Positions 32,467 to 42,737 of a stretch of DNA of 64,000 bases are shown piece after piece. Positions within the stretch are counted from its first letter, which is position 1. Each line of letters starts with the position of its first letter. Origin of the DNA: an uncultured Candidatus Binatia bacterium (GTDB lineage: Bacteria; Desulfobacterota; Binatia; Bin18); NCBI GenBank assembly GCA_965203745.1, contig CBDBDK010000001.1:1955328-2019327 (forward strand). The letters are read 5' to 3'. The notes below the pieces were generated by a model. It was not told the DNA's origin. It did not search any database and worked only from the letters and a program-made list of their open reading frames with translations. The translations under genes were made by a program, and so were the position numbers.

Positions 32467-33504
32467 TTGATCGGTATGGACCTTAAAGATTGCACCCAAG
32501 ACGAACTCGCCCGCTGGCTGACTGCGCGCGGACACAAATCCTTCCGGGCACAGCAAGTTTTGAAATGGGTGCATCAACACCGGCTCACAGACGTGGGGCA
32601 GATGAGCAATATACCCCTGGCCCTGCGCGAGGAGTTGGCCCAGCATTTTCAGCTTGCCCGTCTGGACTGTAGCCGGCACACTGCGGCGGCTGATGGGACG
32701 GAGAAATATCTCTTTACCCTTACCGATGGACGCCGGATTGAGAGCGTTTTTATTCCGAGTGAGAACCGCCGGACGCTCTGCATCTCTTCCCAGGTCGGCT
32801 GTGCCATGGGCTGTCAATTTTGTGCGACCGCCCAAGTACGGCCTGTACGTGACCTAACTGTTGGGGAAATCGTCAGCCAAATCTGGGAGGTCCAGTACCG
32901 ACGGCCCCAACACGAAGCGGTGACCAACGTCGTCTTTATGGGTATGGGCGAACCGTTGGCGAACTACGATCAGGTCGTGAAGGCCATCACGATTCTGACG
33001 GCAGCCTGGGGGTATCAGCTCTCCCCTCGCCGCATCACCGTATCGACGGTTGGATTAGTACCGCAAATGCAGCGCCTGTTGCACGACACCCAGGTCAACC
33101 TCACCATCTCCTTAAGCGCAACAACCGATGCCGTGCGGAACGCCCTTATGCCGATTAATCGGCGCTACCCTCTGGCGACGGTGTTGGAGGCCTGTCGGTC
33201 CCTGCCCGTAGCCCCGCGCAACCGTATGACCTTTGCGTATACCCTGTTGGACGGGCTGAACGATAGTCCAGCTGACGCAAAACGCCTAGTGTCCCTCCTG
33301 CATGGCATCCGGGCCAAGGTCAACCTGATTCCGTTTAATTCTTTCCCTGGGGCGTCATTTGCCCCCTCGTCGCGCGAGCGGCTCGTACGGTTCCGTCAAA
33401 TCTTGCTCGACCGGGGCATCTATGCCAGCATTCGCGAAAACCGCGGCCAGGATGTACAGGCCGCCTGTGGGCAACTGGCCGCCCCCCTGGAGCAAGTGGC
33501 CTAG
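32467..33504 (+). CDS. rlmN: 23S rRNA (adenine2503-C2)/tRNA methyltransferase, radical SAM
   Basis: CISSQVGCAMGCQFCAT (CxxxCxxC). RlmN C-terminal motifs. Confidence 0.9.
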   Translation: MIGMDLKDCTQDELARWLTARGHKSFRAQQVLKWVHQHRLTDVGQMSNIPLALREELAQHFQLARLDCSRHTAAADGTEKYLFTLTDGRRIESVFIPSENRRTLCISSQVGCAMGCQFCATAQVRPVRDLTVGEIVSQIWEVQYRRPQHEAVTNVVFMGMGEPLANYDQVVKAITILTAAWGYQLSPRRITVSTVGLVPQMQRLLHDTQVNLTISLSATTDAVRNALMPINRRYPLATVLEACRSLPVAPRNRMTFAYTLLDGLNDSPADAKRLVSLLHGIRAKVNLIPFNSFPGASFAPSSRERLVRFRQILLDRGIYASIRENRGQDVQAACGQLAAPLEQVA

Positions 33505-33518
33505 GGAAAGGGACAGTC

Positions 33519-34379
33519 ATGATCACGCTGGGTGTTATTGGTGGCAGCGGTCTGTATCAGATGGACGGCGTCGAGCATGGCGAATGGGTGAGCGTTGAGA
33601 CGCCGTTTGGTGCGCCGTCGGACGAATATTTTGTCGGCGAATTAGACGGTGTCCGCGTGGTTTTCCTGCCTCGCCACGGCCGTGGCCACCGGATCCTGCC
33701 CTCCGAGCTGAATTTCCGCGCCAATATCTATGGGATGAAAACGCTGGGCGTGCGGCGCTTGATTGCCGTGGGTGCGGTGGGCAGTTTGAAACAGGAGATT
33801 GCGCCCGGCCATATTGTCATCCCCGACCAGTTCATCGACCGGACCCGTGGGCGCATCAGTACCTTCTTTGGCCGGGGCATTGTCGCCCACGTCGCCTTCG
33901 CCGACCCGGTGTGTCCGCTCTTATCTCAGTCTTTGGTTGAGGTCAGTGACAGCCTGGACATAGCTGTTCACCACGGGGGGACGTATATCTGCATGGAAGG
34001 CCCGCAATTTTCCACACGGGCCGAATCTTTTCTGTATCGGAGCTGGGGCGCTGACATCATCGGGATGACGAATCTCCAAGAAGCTAAGCTCGCGCGTGAA
34101 GCCGAAATCTGTTTTGCCACCCTGGCTATGGCAACCGATTACGACTGCTGGAATACCGAGGCCGGCGATGTGGTGATAGAAGAGGTGCTGGCAATTCTGA
34201 ACAAAAACGTTGTCACCGCTCAACGCATTGTCCGGGACACTGCCCAGCGGCTGTCTCCCGAGCAGGTGTGCGGCTGTGAGGCGGCGCTCGCAGATGCGAT
34301 CATCACCGACCGGGCGATGATTCCAGAAACGGTCAAAAACGACCTTGAGCCGATTATTGGGAAATATATCAATGGATAA
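33519..34379 (+). CDS. mtnP: S-methyl-5'-thioadenosine phosphorylase
   Basis: ITLGVIGGSGLY...FLPRHGRGH...IIGMTNLQEAKLAREAEICFATLAMATDYD. Confidence 0.85.
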   Translation: MITLGVIGGSGLYQMDGVEHGEWVSVETPFGAPSDEYFVGELDGVRVVFLPRHGRGHRILPSELNFRANIYGMKTLGVRRLIAVGAVGSLKQEIAPGHIVIPDQFIDRTRGRISTFFGRGIVAHVAFADPVCPLLSQSLVEVSDSLDIAVHHGGTYICMEGPQFSTRAESFLYRSWGADIIGMTNLQEAKLAREAEICFATLAMATDYDCWNTEAGDVVIEEVLAILNKNVVTAQRIVRDTAQRLSPEQVCGCEAALADAIITDRAMIPETVKNDLEPIIGKYING

Positions 34380-34395
34380 ACGCCAAGAGGACGTC

Positions 34396-35295
34396 ATGAG
34401 TATTGTGGTTGTCGGTTCGGTCGGATTGGATTCTATTGAAACGCCGTCCGGTAGGGCTGACGAAGTCCTAGGGGGCTCGGCAGCCTATTTCGCGGTTGCG
34501 GCGAGTTATTTTACGACAGTGAACGTTGTTGCCGTTATTGGTGAAGACTTTCCCTCAGATGCGCAGGCAACCCTGACCGCACCGAATATCAACCTGGACG
34601 GATTGGAAGTAGGGGCAGGGCGGACGTTTCGGTGGACTGGCCGCTATCACGAAAATCTCAACATCCGAGACACATTAGATCTCCAGATGAATGTGGTCGC
34701 GGACTTCGCTCCAAAGCTGCCCGAACAGTATCGCCATACGCCTTTTGTGTTTCTGGGGAATATCGACCCTGGCTTGCAGAGCCAGGTGTTAGACCAAACC
34801 GACGGCGCACGCCTGATCGGCTGCGACACGATCAGTCACTGGATTGAGCATGAACGTGCGGCGCTCGAAGCCGTGCTGAAACGTGTCGATGTGCTGGTCA
34901 TCAACGATGAAGAGGCGGGTATGCTCAGCGGCGAGTCCAATGTCGTGAAAGCCGCACGCCGGATTTTGGACATGGGGCCAAAGACACTGCTCGTCAAGCG
35001 GGGTGAGTATGGGGTGTTGCTGTTTTCTCCCCAGTCGGTTTTCGCCGTCCCCGCCTACCCCTTGGAAGACGTGGTTGATCCGACCGGGGCCGGTGACTCC
35101 TTTGCCGGCGGATTTCTCGGCTATTTGGCCGAGTCGAACGACACGTCTGAGGCCGGACTGCGCAAAGCTATTGTCTACGGCAGTGTGGTGGCTTCGTTCA
35201 CGGTCGAAGATTTCAGCCTGCGGCGTCTGCACGCCCTGAGCCGGGATGACATTGAACAGCGTCATCGCCAGTTCGTGAGTCTGACCCAATTCTAG
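34396..35295 (+). CDS. PfkB-family carbohydrate/nucleoside kinase
   Basis: Ribokinase-like fold. C-terminal DPTGAGDSFAGGFL motif. The start is set at the MSIVVVGS Met, clear of the mtnP end. Confidence 0.7.
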   Translation: MSIVVVGSVGLDSIETPSGRADEVLGGSAAYFAVAASYFTTVNVVAVIGEDFPSDAQATLTAPNINLDGLEVGAGRTFRWTGRYHENLNIRDTLDLQMNVVADFAPKLPEQYRHTPFVFLGNIDPGLQSQVLDQTDGARLIGCDTISHWIEHERAALEAVLKRVDVLVINDEEAGMLSGESNVVKAARRILDMGPKTLLVKRGEYGVLLFSPQSVFAVPAYPLEDVVDPTGAGDSFAGGFLGYLAESNDTSEAGLRKAIVYGSVVASFTVEDFSLRRLHALSRDDIEQRHRQFVSLTQF

Positions 35296-35315
35296 CTCGC
35301 TGGCACCGAATCGCT

Positions 35316-36254
35316 ATGGACCTTTCCATCGTCGTCCCGATCTATAATGAGGTCGATAATCTGCGTCCGTTGTGTGAGCGGGTCCATGCCGTCCTGGCAC
35401 CGACGGACTGGAGTTACGAACTCATCCTCATTGACGACGGCAGTCAGGACGGGAGTAGTGAGCTGCTCGCTGAGCTGCATGCCGAGGACGATAGGCTCAA
35501 AGTTCTTCGCTTTCGACGCAACTTCGGCCAGACTGCTGCGCTGGCTGCGGGGTTTGAATACGCCCATGGTGACGTCATTGTTTCGCTGGACGGCGACCTC
35601 CAGAATGATCCCATCGATATCCCGCGTTTGCTGGCAAAGCTGGACGAGGGGTATGACCTGGTGAACGGCTGGCGTGTCAATCGGCAAGATCCGTTTTTGC
35701 ACCGGCGTCTCCCGTCCCAGATCGCCAATCATATGATCTCGCTCACAACGCGGGTCAAACTGCACGATTATGGCTGTACGCTCAAGGCGTTCCGACGTGA
35801 GGTGGCAAAGGGCCTCAAGCTGTACGGAGAAATGCACCGGTTTATCCCAGCGCTGGCCGGGGACATGGGAGCGAGGATTGCCGAGCTTCCGGTCACCCAT
35901 CATGCGCGCACGCACGGCACCTCAAAATACGGCTTAACCCGAACGTTATGGGTCGTGCTGGATTTACTGACCGTTAAATTCATGTCGAGCTATGCGACCC
36001 GCCCGAGTCATTTATTTGGCTTTCTGGGTTTGATTGCCGTCCTCGTTGGCGGGGGGATCACAGCCGTCCTGGGGATACAACGCCTCCTGTTTGACGTGCA
36101 ATTAGCAAACCGTCCCATTTTACTCCTGGGGATTCTCCTGCTTGTCACCGGTATCCAGCTTGTGACCACCGGCTTAATTGCTGAGATGCTGTCCCGCACC
36201 TACCACGAGAGTCAGGAAAAGCCCGTCTACTGGATTAAGGACGTGTTAGAATAA
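35316..36254 (+). CDS. polyprenol-phosphate glycosyltransferase, GT2 (Dpm1/ArnC/GtrB-like)
   Basis: [10 protein letters not shown]...[12 protein letters not shown]...[10 protein letters not shown], then two C-terminal TM helices. Confidence 0.8.
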   Translation: MDLSIVVPIYNEVDNLRPLCERVHAVLAPTDWSYELILIDDGSQDGSSELLAELHAEDDRLKVLRFRRNFGQTAALAAGFEYAHGDVIVSLDGDLQNDPIDIPRLLAKLDEGYDLVNGWRVNRQDPFLHRRLPSQIANHMISLTTRVKLHDYGCTLKAFRREVAKGLKLYGEMHRFIPALAGDMGARIAELPVTHHARTHGTSKYGLTRTLWVVLDLLTVKFMSSYATRPSHLFGFLGLIAVLVGGGITAVLGIQRLLFDVQLANRPILLLGILLLVTGIQLVTTGLIAEMLSRTYHESQEKPVYWIKDVLE

Positions 36255-36318
36255 GAAAAGACGGATTTTACTGCTGCCGAGCGTTGAGGCCCAAGCGCAA
36301 ATTGAAAGGAGAAGAGTC

Positions 36319-37260
36319 ATCGCACGCATCTTAATCACCGGAGGGGCCGGGTTTATCGGTTCGCATCTGTGTGAGCGTTTCTTGGCCGACGGGGATGAAG
36401 TGGTATGTCTGGACAACCTCATTACTGGCGATATGGACAATGTGGCGCACCTGTTTGTCAACCCGCGCTTTTCCTTTGTCCATCAGGATGTGACGAACTA
36501 TATTTACGTCAGTGGCCATATTGATGCAATTCTCCACTTTGCCTCACCGGCGAGCCCGATCGATTACCTTGAACTGCCGATTCAGACCCTGAAAGTAGGC
36601 TCGCTCGGCACGCATAAAGGACTCGGCCTGGCCCGGGTGAAAGCCGCCCGTTTTCTGCTCGCTTCGACCTCCGAGGTCTATGGCGACCCGCTCGTCCATC
36701 CTCAGCCGGAAGATTATTGGGGCAATGTGAATCCGATCGGCCCGCGGGGCGTGTATGACGAGGCAAAGCGGTTTGCCGAAGCCCTGACCATGGCCTACCA
36801 TCGCAGTCATGGCGTGGCGACCCGTATTGTCCGTATTTTTAATACCTATGGCCCCCGTATGCGTCTCGGGGACGGCCGCGTTGTGCCCAATTTCATCACT
36901 CAAGCGCTACGGGGAGAAGCGTTAACGGTGTATGGCGACGGGAGTCAAACCCGGAGTTTTTGTTTTGTGGACGATTTAGTCGAGGGTATCGTCCGCCTCC
37001 TTCGCTCAGAGTGTGCCCAACCCGTGAATCTGGGGAATCCGTACGAATTATCCGTCCGGGAATTTGCCGAGACGATTATTCGGCTGACCGGGAGTTCCAG
37101 CCCCATTGCGTTTGAGCCTTTGCCGGTGGATGACCCGAAAGTCCGCCAACCCGATGTGAGTACTGCCCGTCGGCTATTGGATTGGGAGCCCCGTGTCTCC
37201 CTCGAAGACGGCCTCAGCAAAACAATCGCCTACTTCCAGGAAAAGCTAGGGGTCCGTTAG
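36319..37260 (+). CDS. UDP-glucuronate decarboxylase-like NAD-dependent epimerase/dehydratase (UXS/ArnA-C-like); non-canonical start
   Basis: [15 protein letters not shown] Rossmann loop, YDEAKR catalytic motif, ~45-50% UXS-like character. The Rossmann motif lies upstream of the first ATG/GTG/TTG (TTG 36382). A perfect AAGGAG SD sits 7 nt before in-frame ATC 36319, and an in-frame stop is at 36247. Confidence 0.65.
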   Translation: MARILITGGAGFIGSHLCERFLADGDEVVCLDNLITGDMDNVAHLFVNPRFSFVHQDVTNYIYVSGHIDAILHFASPASPIDYLELPIQTLKVGSLGTHKGLGLARVKAARFLLASTSEVYGDPLVHPQPEDYWGNVNPIGPRGVYDEAKRFAEALTMAYHRSHGVATRIVRIFNTYGPRMRLGDGRVVPNFITQALRGEALTVYGDGSQTRSFCFVDDLVEGIVRLLRSECAQPVNLGNPYELSVREFAETIIRLTGSSSPIAFEPLPVDDPKVRQPDVSTARRLLDWEPRVSLEDGLSKTIAYFQEKLGVR

Positions 37261-37326
37261 ATTCTAGCTTCTGAGAGAAGGGGAACGGGAGAGGTAACGT
37301 TAGGACTCAGGAGAGGACGTAGGGCA

Positions 37327-38247
37327 ATGAGGATAATGGTAACCGGGGGAGCGGGCTTTATTGGCTCTCATGTCGCGGAAATCTATCTCGGGGCGGGCCA
37401 CGAAGTCTGGATTGTCGACGACCTGTCAAGCGGTAAGCCGACCAATGTTCCATCTGACGCGTACCTCGTCCAAGCGAATATCACAGATGCCGCAGTGCGG
37501 CGGCTCCTGGTTGACGAACGGATTGAGGTGGTCAACCACCATGCGGCGCAAATGGACGTCCGTCGCTCGGTTGCCGACCCGCTGTTTGATGCCCGGGTGA
37601 ATATTCTCGGACTGCTCAATATTCTTGAAGGTGCGCGGCAGGCCCAGTGCCAGCGTATTATCTTTGCGTCTTCTGGCGGGACGGTATACGGGGAACAAGA
37701 CACCTTTCCGGCAACCGAAGACCATGCCACCCATCCAATTAGTCCGTATGGAGTCAGTAAGTTAGCTGGAGAACGGTATCTGTATTTTTACCACAGAGAG
37801 TATGGCCTTCCGTCGCTGAGCCTGCGCTATGCGAACGTATATGGGCCGCGGCAGGACCCTCATGGCGAAGCCGGTGTAGTGGCTATTTTCACTCAGCGCC
37901 TGCTGACGGGAGAGACGATTACGATTAACGGTGACGGCCAGCAGACGCGCGACTATGTGTTTGTCGCCGACGTGGCCCAGGCGAACTTGGCGGCACTGAC
38001 TGCCGACTACTCAGGTGCGATCAATATCGGTACGGGCCTTGAGACGACGGTAAATACCTTGGCCGAGCATTTACAGCGGATAACCAACTCACGTGATCGG
38101 GCACGCCACGGCGCCGCCAAGCCAGGCGAACAACGCCGCAGTGTCTTGTCTTGGAGCCGAGCCTCGGACACGCTGAACTGGAAGCCACTGGTGCCGCTTG
38201 CCGACGGACTTGAGCAAACAGTCGCCTCCCTACGGACAGCAGTATGA
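37327..38247 (+). CDS. NAD-dependent epimerase/dehydratase (GalE-like UDP-sugar 4-epimerase family)
   Basis: [33 protein letters not shown] (YxxxK) motifs. Confidence 0.8.
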   Translation: MRIMVTGGAGFIGSHVAEIYLGAGHEVWIVDDLSSGKPTNVPSDAYLVQANITDAAVRRLLVDERIEVVNHHAAQMDVRRSVADPLFDARVNILGLLNILEGARQAQCQRIIFASSGGTVYGEQDTFPATEDHATHPISPYGVSKLAGERYLYFYHREYGLPSLSLRYANVYGPRQDPHGEAGVVAIFTQRLLTGETITINGDGQQTRDYVFVADVAQANLAALTADYSGAINIGTGLETTVNTLAEHLQRITNSRDRARHGAAKPGEQRRSVLSWSRASDTLNWKPLVPLADGLEQTVASLRTAV

Positions 38248-40076
38248 ATATTGGACAGATTCGAAACTTTAGCATTATTGCCCATATCGATCATGGCAAA
38301 TCGACACTGGCCGACCAGCTCCTCTCCCAGACGGGCTCGATTAGTGAGCGTGAAAGCGGGGCACAGTTTCTGGACACCATGGAGCTTGAGCAGGAGCGGG
38401 GCATCACGATTAAAGCCCGGACCGTCCGCCTGCGCTATCAGGCTCAGGACGGTGCCGAGTATCATCTGAACCTGATTGATACCCCCGGTCATGTTGATTT
38501 CGCCTATGAGGTTTCGCGCAGTTTGTCCGCCTGCGAAGGTGCCATCCTGGTCGTTGACGCGACCCAGGGGGTCGAGGCGCAAACGCTGGCCAACACCTAT
38601 CTTGCGCTGGATCATCAGCTTGAAATTTTCCCCGTTATTAACAAAATCGATCTGCCCAGCGCCGAACCTGAACGCGTTCGGCAAGAGCTCGAAGACATCA
38701 TCGGACTGGATGGTAGTGATGCGGTTTTAACCAGCGCAAAAGAGGGCAGAGGGATTGCCGATGTGCTGGAAGGTATCCTGCGGTTTATGCCTCCTCCTCA
38801 AGGGGACCCCAGTGCGCCGGTCAAAGCGCTGCTTTTTGACAGCTGGTTTGATCCCTACCAGGGAGCCGTTGTGCTCGTCCGGGTCTTCGACGGAGTACTG
38901 AGGCCCGGTATGTCCATTCGGCTCATGTCGAGCGGCAAGGAATATGAAGTCGGACAGGTTGGGGTCTTCGCTCCGCACGCTCAAGCCGTCAAAGCGCTCG
39001 GGCCAGGCGAAGTGGGTTTTCTCACGGCCGGTATTAAAGAGGTCCGTGAAGCCCGTGTCGGTGACACGATTACAGGAGCCCAGCGTCCTACTACGGTCAT
39101 GTTGCCGGGCTTTAAGGCCGCGAAACCTATGGTTTTTAGTGGTTTGTATCCGGTTGAATCGAAACACTATGAAGCGCTGCGCGACGCGGTCGAAAAACTC
39201 CGTTTGAACGATGCCGCTTTTTCGTACGAGAAAGAAACCTCGCTGGCCCTTGGCTTTGGTTTTCGCTGTGGTTTCCTGGGCCTGCTCCATATGGAAATCG
39301 TCCAGGAGCGTTTGGAACGAGAGTTCGGCCTCGATTTAATTACCACCACACCAACAGTTGAGTATCAAGTCCTGACGCTTGATGGGGAAATCTTACTTGT
39401 AGAGAACCCGTCCTCCCTCCCGCCGGTACAGGAAATCGAGTCCGTCCAAGAGCCTTTTATCCTGGCGAGTATTCATGTGCCCGAAGAATACGTCGGCAAT
39501 GTCATGCGGCTCTGTCAGGAGCGGCGTGGAGAACAACGTGCCATGAAATACTTGGGGGCTTCGCGTGTCGCCTTGGAGTATGAGCTGCCGCTCAACGAGA
39601 TTGTGGTTGATTTCTATGACCGGATCAAATCGATCAGCCGTGGCTATGCCTCGTTTGATTATGAATTTCTGGACATGCGTCCGGCCAACTTAGTGAAGAT
39701 TGATATCCGCATTAATGGCGATATGGTCGATGCCTTGTCCCTAATCGTCCATGCCGATTACGCCTATAGTCGTGGACGCGAGCTCGTGCAAAAAATGCGT
39801 GCCCTGATCCCGCGCCAAATGTTCGAGGTGGCTGTCCAGGCCGCTATCGGGACTCGGGTAATCGCCCGAGAAACTGTGAAGGCCTTGCGCAAAAATGTCA
39901 CCTCCAAATGCTATGGTGGGGATATAACCCGTAAACGAAAGCTGCTAGAGAAACAGAAAGAAGGAAAACGCCGGATGAAACAGGTTGGACGGGTGGAAAT
40001 TCCCCAAGAGGCCTTCCTGGCGTTGCTTCAGGTGGGCGAGAGCGAGACAAAGAGTAAACGTGTCTCTTCAAAATAG
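38244..40076 (+). CDS. lepA: translation elongation factor 4
   Basis: [27 protein letters not shown], and the LepA-specific C-terminal domain. 610 aa. Confidence 0.95.
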   Translation: MNIGQIRNFSIIAHIDHGKSTLADQLLSQTGSISERESGAQFLDTMELEQERGITIKARTVRLRYQAQDGAEYHLNLIDTPGHVDFAYEVSRSLSACEGAILVVDATQGVEAQTLANTYLALDHQLEIFPVINKIDLPSAEPERVRQELEDIIGLDGSDAVLTSAKEGRGIADVLEGILRFMPPPQGDPSAPVKALLFDSWFDPYQGAVVLVRVFDGVLRPGMSIRLMSSGKEYEVGQVGVFAPHAQAVKALGPGEVGFLTAGIKEVREARVGDTITGAQRPTTVMLPGFKAAKPMVFSGLYPVESKHYEALRDAVEKLRLNDAAFSYEKETSLALGFGFRCGFLGLLHMEIVQERLEREFGLDLITTTPTVEYQVLTLDGEILLVENPSSLPPVQEIESVQEPFILASIHVPEEYVGNVMRLCQERRGEQRAMKYLGASRVALEYELPLNEIVVDFYDRIKSISRGYASFDYEFLDMRPANLVKIDIRINGDMVDALSLIVHADYAYSRGRELVQKMRALIPRQMFEVAVQAAIGTRVIARETVKALRKNVTSKCYGGDITRKRKLLEKQKEGKRRMKQVGRVEIPQEAFLALLQVGESETKSKRVSSK

Positions 40077-40135
40077 ATAGGAAGTGTTGGACACGTTTAC
40101 TCTATTTGCAACGGCGAGGGTAGAGAGTAGCGGAT

Positions 40136-40867
40136 ATGGCCAGAGGAAAAACATCAGTCCCAGGGTCGGCAGGCTCTGTCGGCCTGGCGAACCAGCAGAC
40201 AGGCAGCAGACTGCTACCCACGTCGACAACCCCCAAAAAACAGAAATCGGCCGTTCGTGAATACGCCGAAGCACTGCTCTTCGCCCTTGTGCTGGCGCTC
40301 CTTATCCGGAGCTTTATCGTGCAGGCGTTCAAAATTCCGTCTGGCTCCATGCTGCCGACGCTCCAGATTGGAGATCATATTCTGGTCAGCAAGTTTGCCT
40401 ATGGGCTGCGCTTACCGTATCCCTTTGAAACCCTGGTGTTCGAGTGGACTCGACCAGAGCCTGGAGACATCGTCGTTTTTGTTTATCCAAAAGATGGAAC
40501 CAAAGACTTTATTAAGCGGGTCGTCGCCGTCGCTGGTGACGAGGTGCGAATTCGCAATAAGAAGCTTTTTGTCAACGGCGTAGCGGATGAGAGTCCGTAT
40601 GCCCATTTTGCCAATCCTGACCGTATTATTCCCGGTCCTCGTGATAATTATCCGCCTCTACTTCCTGACAGGTCCAATGAATCTGTTGTCGTGCCACCCG
40701 GTAAATTATTTGTCATGGGGGATAACCGGGACCACAGCCACGATAGCCGCTTCTGGGGCTTTGTTGATGCGCAGGACGTGAAAGGTAAGGCCTTTCTGAT
40801 ATATTGGTCGTGGGACGGCCAGGACCGCTGGGTACGGTGGGAGCGACTCGGAGCACTTATTTACTAG
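40136..40867 (+). CDS. lepB: signal peptidase I
   Basis: SGSMLPTL (Ser box), VKRVVAVAGD (Lys box), GDNRDHSHDSRFWG. Confidence 0.85.
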   Translation: MARGKTSVPGSAGSVGLANQQTGSRLLPTSTTPKKQKSAVREYAEALLFALVLALLIRSFIVQAFKIPSGSMLPTLQIGDHILVSKFAYGLRLPYPFETLVFEWTRPEPGDIVVFVYPKDGTKDFIKRVVAVAGDEVRIRNKKLFVNGVADESPYAHFANPDRIIPGPRDNYPPLLPDRSNESVVVPPGKLFVMGDNRDHSHDSRFWGFVDAQDVKGKAFLIYWSWDGQDRWVRWERLGALIY

Positions 40868-40964
40868 TATAAAAAGTAAACACGCCCAGCCTTTCCACGG
40901 ATTTTGTAGGGTGCCTTTGCTTTTTCGTCCATCTGGGGAAGTCAGAGTGCCAAGGCTCGAAAAC

Positions 40965-42677
40965 ATGTTGCTTGAGAGTGGCAAAGTCTCTCAGGATGAC
41001 TTGCGCCGCATCCAGCTCGTGCAGCAGGAGCGCGGAGAAACGCTTGAGCGTTTACTGGTCGAACTCGGCTTCATGTCTGAGGACGACCTTCTCCCAGTCC
41101 TGGCTGAATACTACCATGCCCCCCTCATGAGTGCGCGGGACTTTCCGCAGCAGCCGCCTCCCTTGTCCGAGATGAATACCGATTTTCTGCGCCAAGCGCG
41201 GGTCTGTCCCCTGGCGGTTCAGGATGGTGGACTGACTATTGCCATGGCTGACCCTGGCGATTTCTACGTTATTGAGGCCCTAGAGAAGGCAACGAAGCTG
41301 CGTCTTGCACCCCGCTTGGCGCGCGAGCGCGATATTCTTGAGACCTTGAATATCTATTATGCTGACGGGGTCCCGGACGGTCAGTCCGACGGTCAGGAGG
41401 TCGGCTCGGTCGAGTACCTGGAAGATGATCAAGAAGATGAAGCCCATCTGCGGGATCTCGCGAGTGAGGCTCCAGTCATTCGGCTCGTGAATATGCTCAT
41501 CGCCCGGGCGATGGAGCAGCGTGCGTCGGATATTCATATCGAGCCGTTTGAAAAGGAACTCCGTGTGCGCTACCGCATTGACGGGATTCTGCACGATGTC
41601 GAAGCACCGCCTCGTAAGCTGCAAGCTGCTCTTATTTCACGGGTCAAGCTTATGGCCAAGCTCAATATTGCGGAACGGCGCCTGCCGCAAGACGGGCGTA
41701 TCAAGCTACGGATGTTGGGGCGGGAGGTAGATCTGCGGGTTTCAACCCTGCCGACTCTGTATGGCGAAAGCGTTGTGCTGCGTATCCTCGACCGCTCGAG
41801 TATTGATGTCAGCCTCGAATCGCTGGGTTTTCCCGAAGATACCTTGTCCGCATTCGAAAACCTCATTTTTCAGCCGTACGGGATGATTCTGGTCACCGGT
41901 CCCACGGGAAGTGGCAAAACAACCACCCTGTATGGAGCCCTGGACAAAATTAACTCGCCCGAGAAAAAAATTATTACGATTGAAGATCCGGTTGAATACC
42001 AGCTCAACGGCGTCAACCAGATTCATGTCAAGTCACAAATCGGGCTGACCTTTTCCGCCGGGCTGCGTTCCATTGTTCGTCAGGACCCGGATGTGATCAT
42101 GATCGGTGAGATTCGCGATTACGAAACGGCGGAAATCGCAATCCAGTCTGCCCTGACTGGTCACCTGGTCTTCTCGACCTTGCATACCAATGATGCCGCC
42201 GGCGCGATATCACGTCTCCTGGAAATGGGAGTGGAAGATTATTTACTGGCTTCGTCCCTGCTCGGCGTAATGGCCCAGCGGCTGGTGAGACAGCTTTGTC
42301 CGGCGTGTCGCCAGCCGGTCGACGAACGAGTCTCGGGCCCTCACCTGGAGTTGCCAACGAACGGGTACGCGCCTGAGCCCGCGCTCTCGTATGAGGCCGG
42401 GGAGTGTGAAGCATGTGCCATGACCGGCTACCGAGGCCGGAAGGGAATTTTCGAACTCATGCTCGTTGATGAAGGCTTACGCCAACTCATTTTGAAGCGC
42501 TCATCAGCCGATATGCTGAAGGAGTACGCAGTTGGGAATGACATGCGTACGCTCCGAGATGATGGCTGGCACAAAGTCCGCGCCGGCATTACCACAGTGT
42601 CGGAAGTGATGCGTGTCACACAAGACGAACTGTCTTCTCCTGAAGAATATGACGCCGGTGTCGAAGAGCCGGCCTGA
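40965..42677 (+). CDS. GspE/PilB-family secretion ATPase with N-terminal T2SSE_N/MshEN-like domain and C-terminal tetra-Cys motif
   Basis: Walker A VTGPTGSGKTTTLY, Asp box, His box. CPACRQ...CEAC zinc-binding motif. N-terminal MshEN-like helix pair (ERLLVELGFMSEDDLLPVLAEYY). The start is set at MLLESGK. Confidence 0.85.
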   Translation: MLLESGKVSQDDLRRIQLVQQERGETLERLLVELGFMSEDDLLPVLAEYYHAPLMSARDFPQQPPPLSEMNTDFLRQARVCPLAVQDGGLTIAMADPGDFYVIEALEKATKLRLAPRLARERDILETLNIYYADGVPDGQSDGQEVGSVEYLEDDQEDEAHLRDLASEAPVIRLVNMLIARAMEQRASDIHIEPFEKELRVRYRIDGILHDVEAPPRKLQAALISRVKLMAKLNIAERRLPQDGRIKLRMLGREVDLRVSTLPTLYGESVVLRILDRSSIDVSLESLGFPEDTLSAFENLIFQPYGMILVTGPTGSGKTTTLYGALDKINSPEKKIITIEDPVEYQLNGVNQIHVKSQIGLTFSAGLRSIVRQDPDVIMIGEIRDYETAEIAIQSALTGHLVFSTLHTNDAAGAISRLLEMGVEDYLLASSLLGVMAQRLVRQLCPACRQPVDERVSGPHLELPTNGYAPEPALSYEAGECEACAMTGYRGRKGIFELMLVDEGLRQLILKRSSADMLKEYAVGNDMRTLRDDGWHKVRAGITTVSEVMRVTQDELSSPEEYDAGVEEPA

Positions 42678-42737
42678 TTCGTCTAAACCTTTTTATTCGT
42701 CCGCGTCCGGTTTTCCGAGGCGCTTGGGCCGGTGCGC

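Noticed and set aside
36382-37260. Annotating the decarboxylase from TTG 36382 as given by the ORF track
   Set aside because: That start would delete the [11 protein letters not shown]-binding loop encoded just upstream in the same open frame. The upstream SD+ATC start is preferred, with the caveat recorded as a finding.
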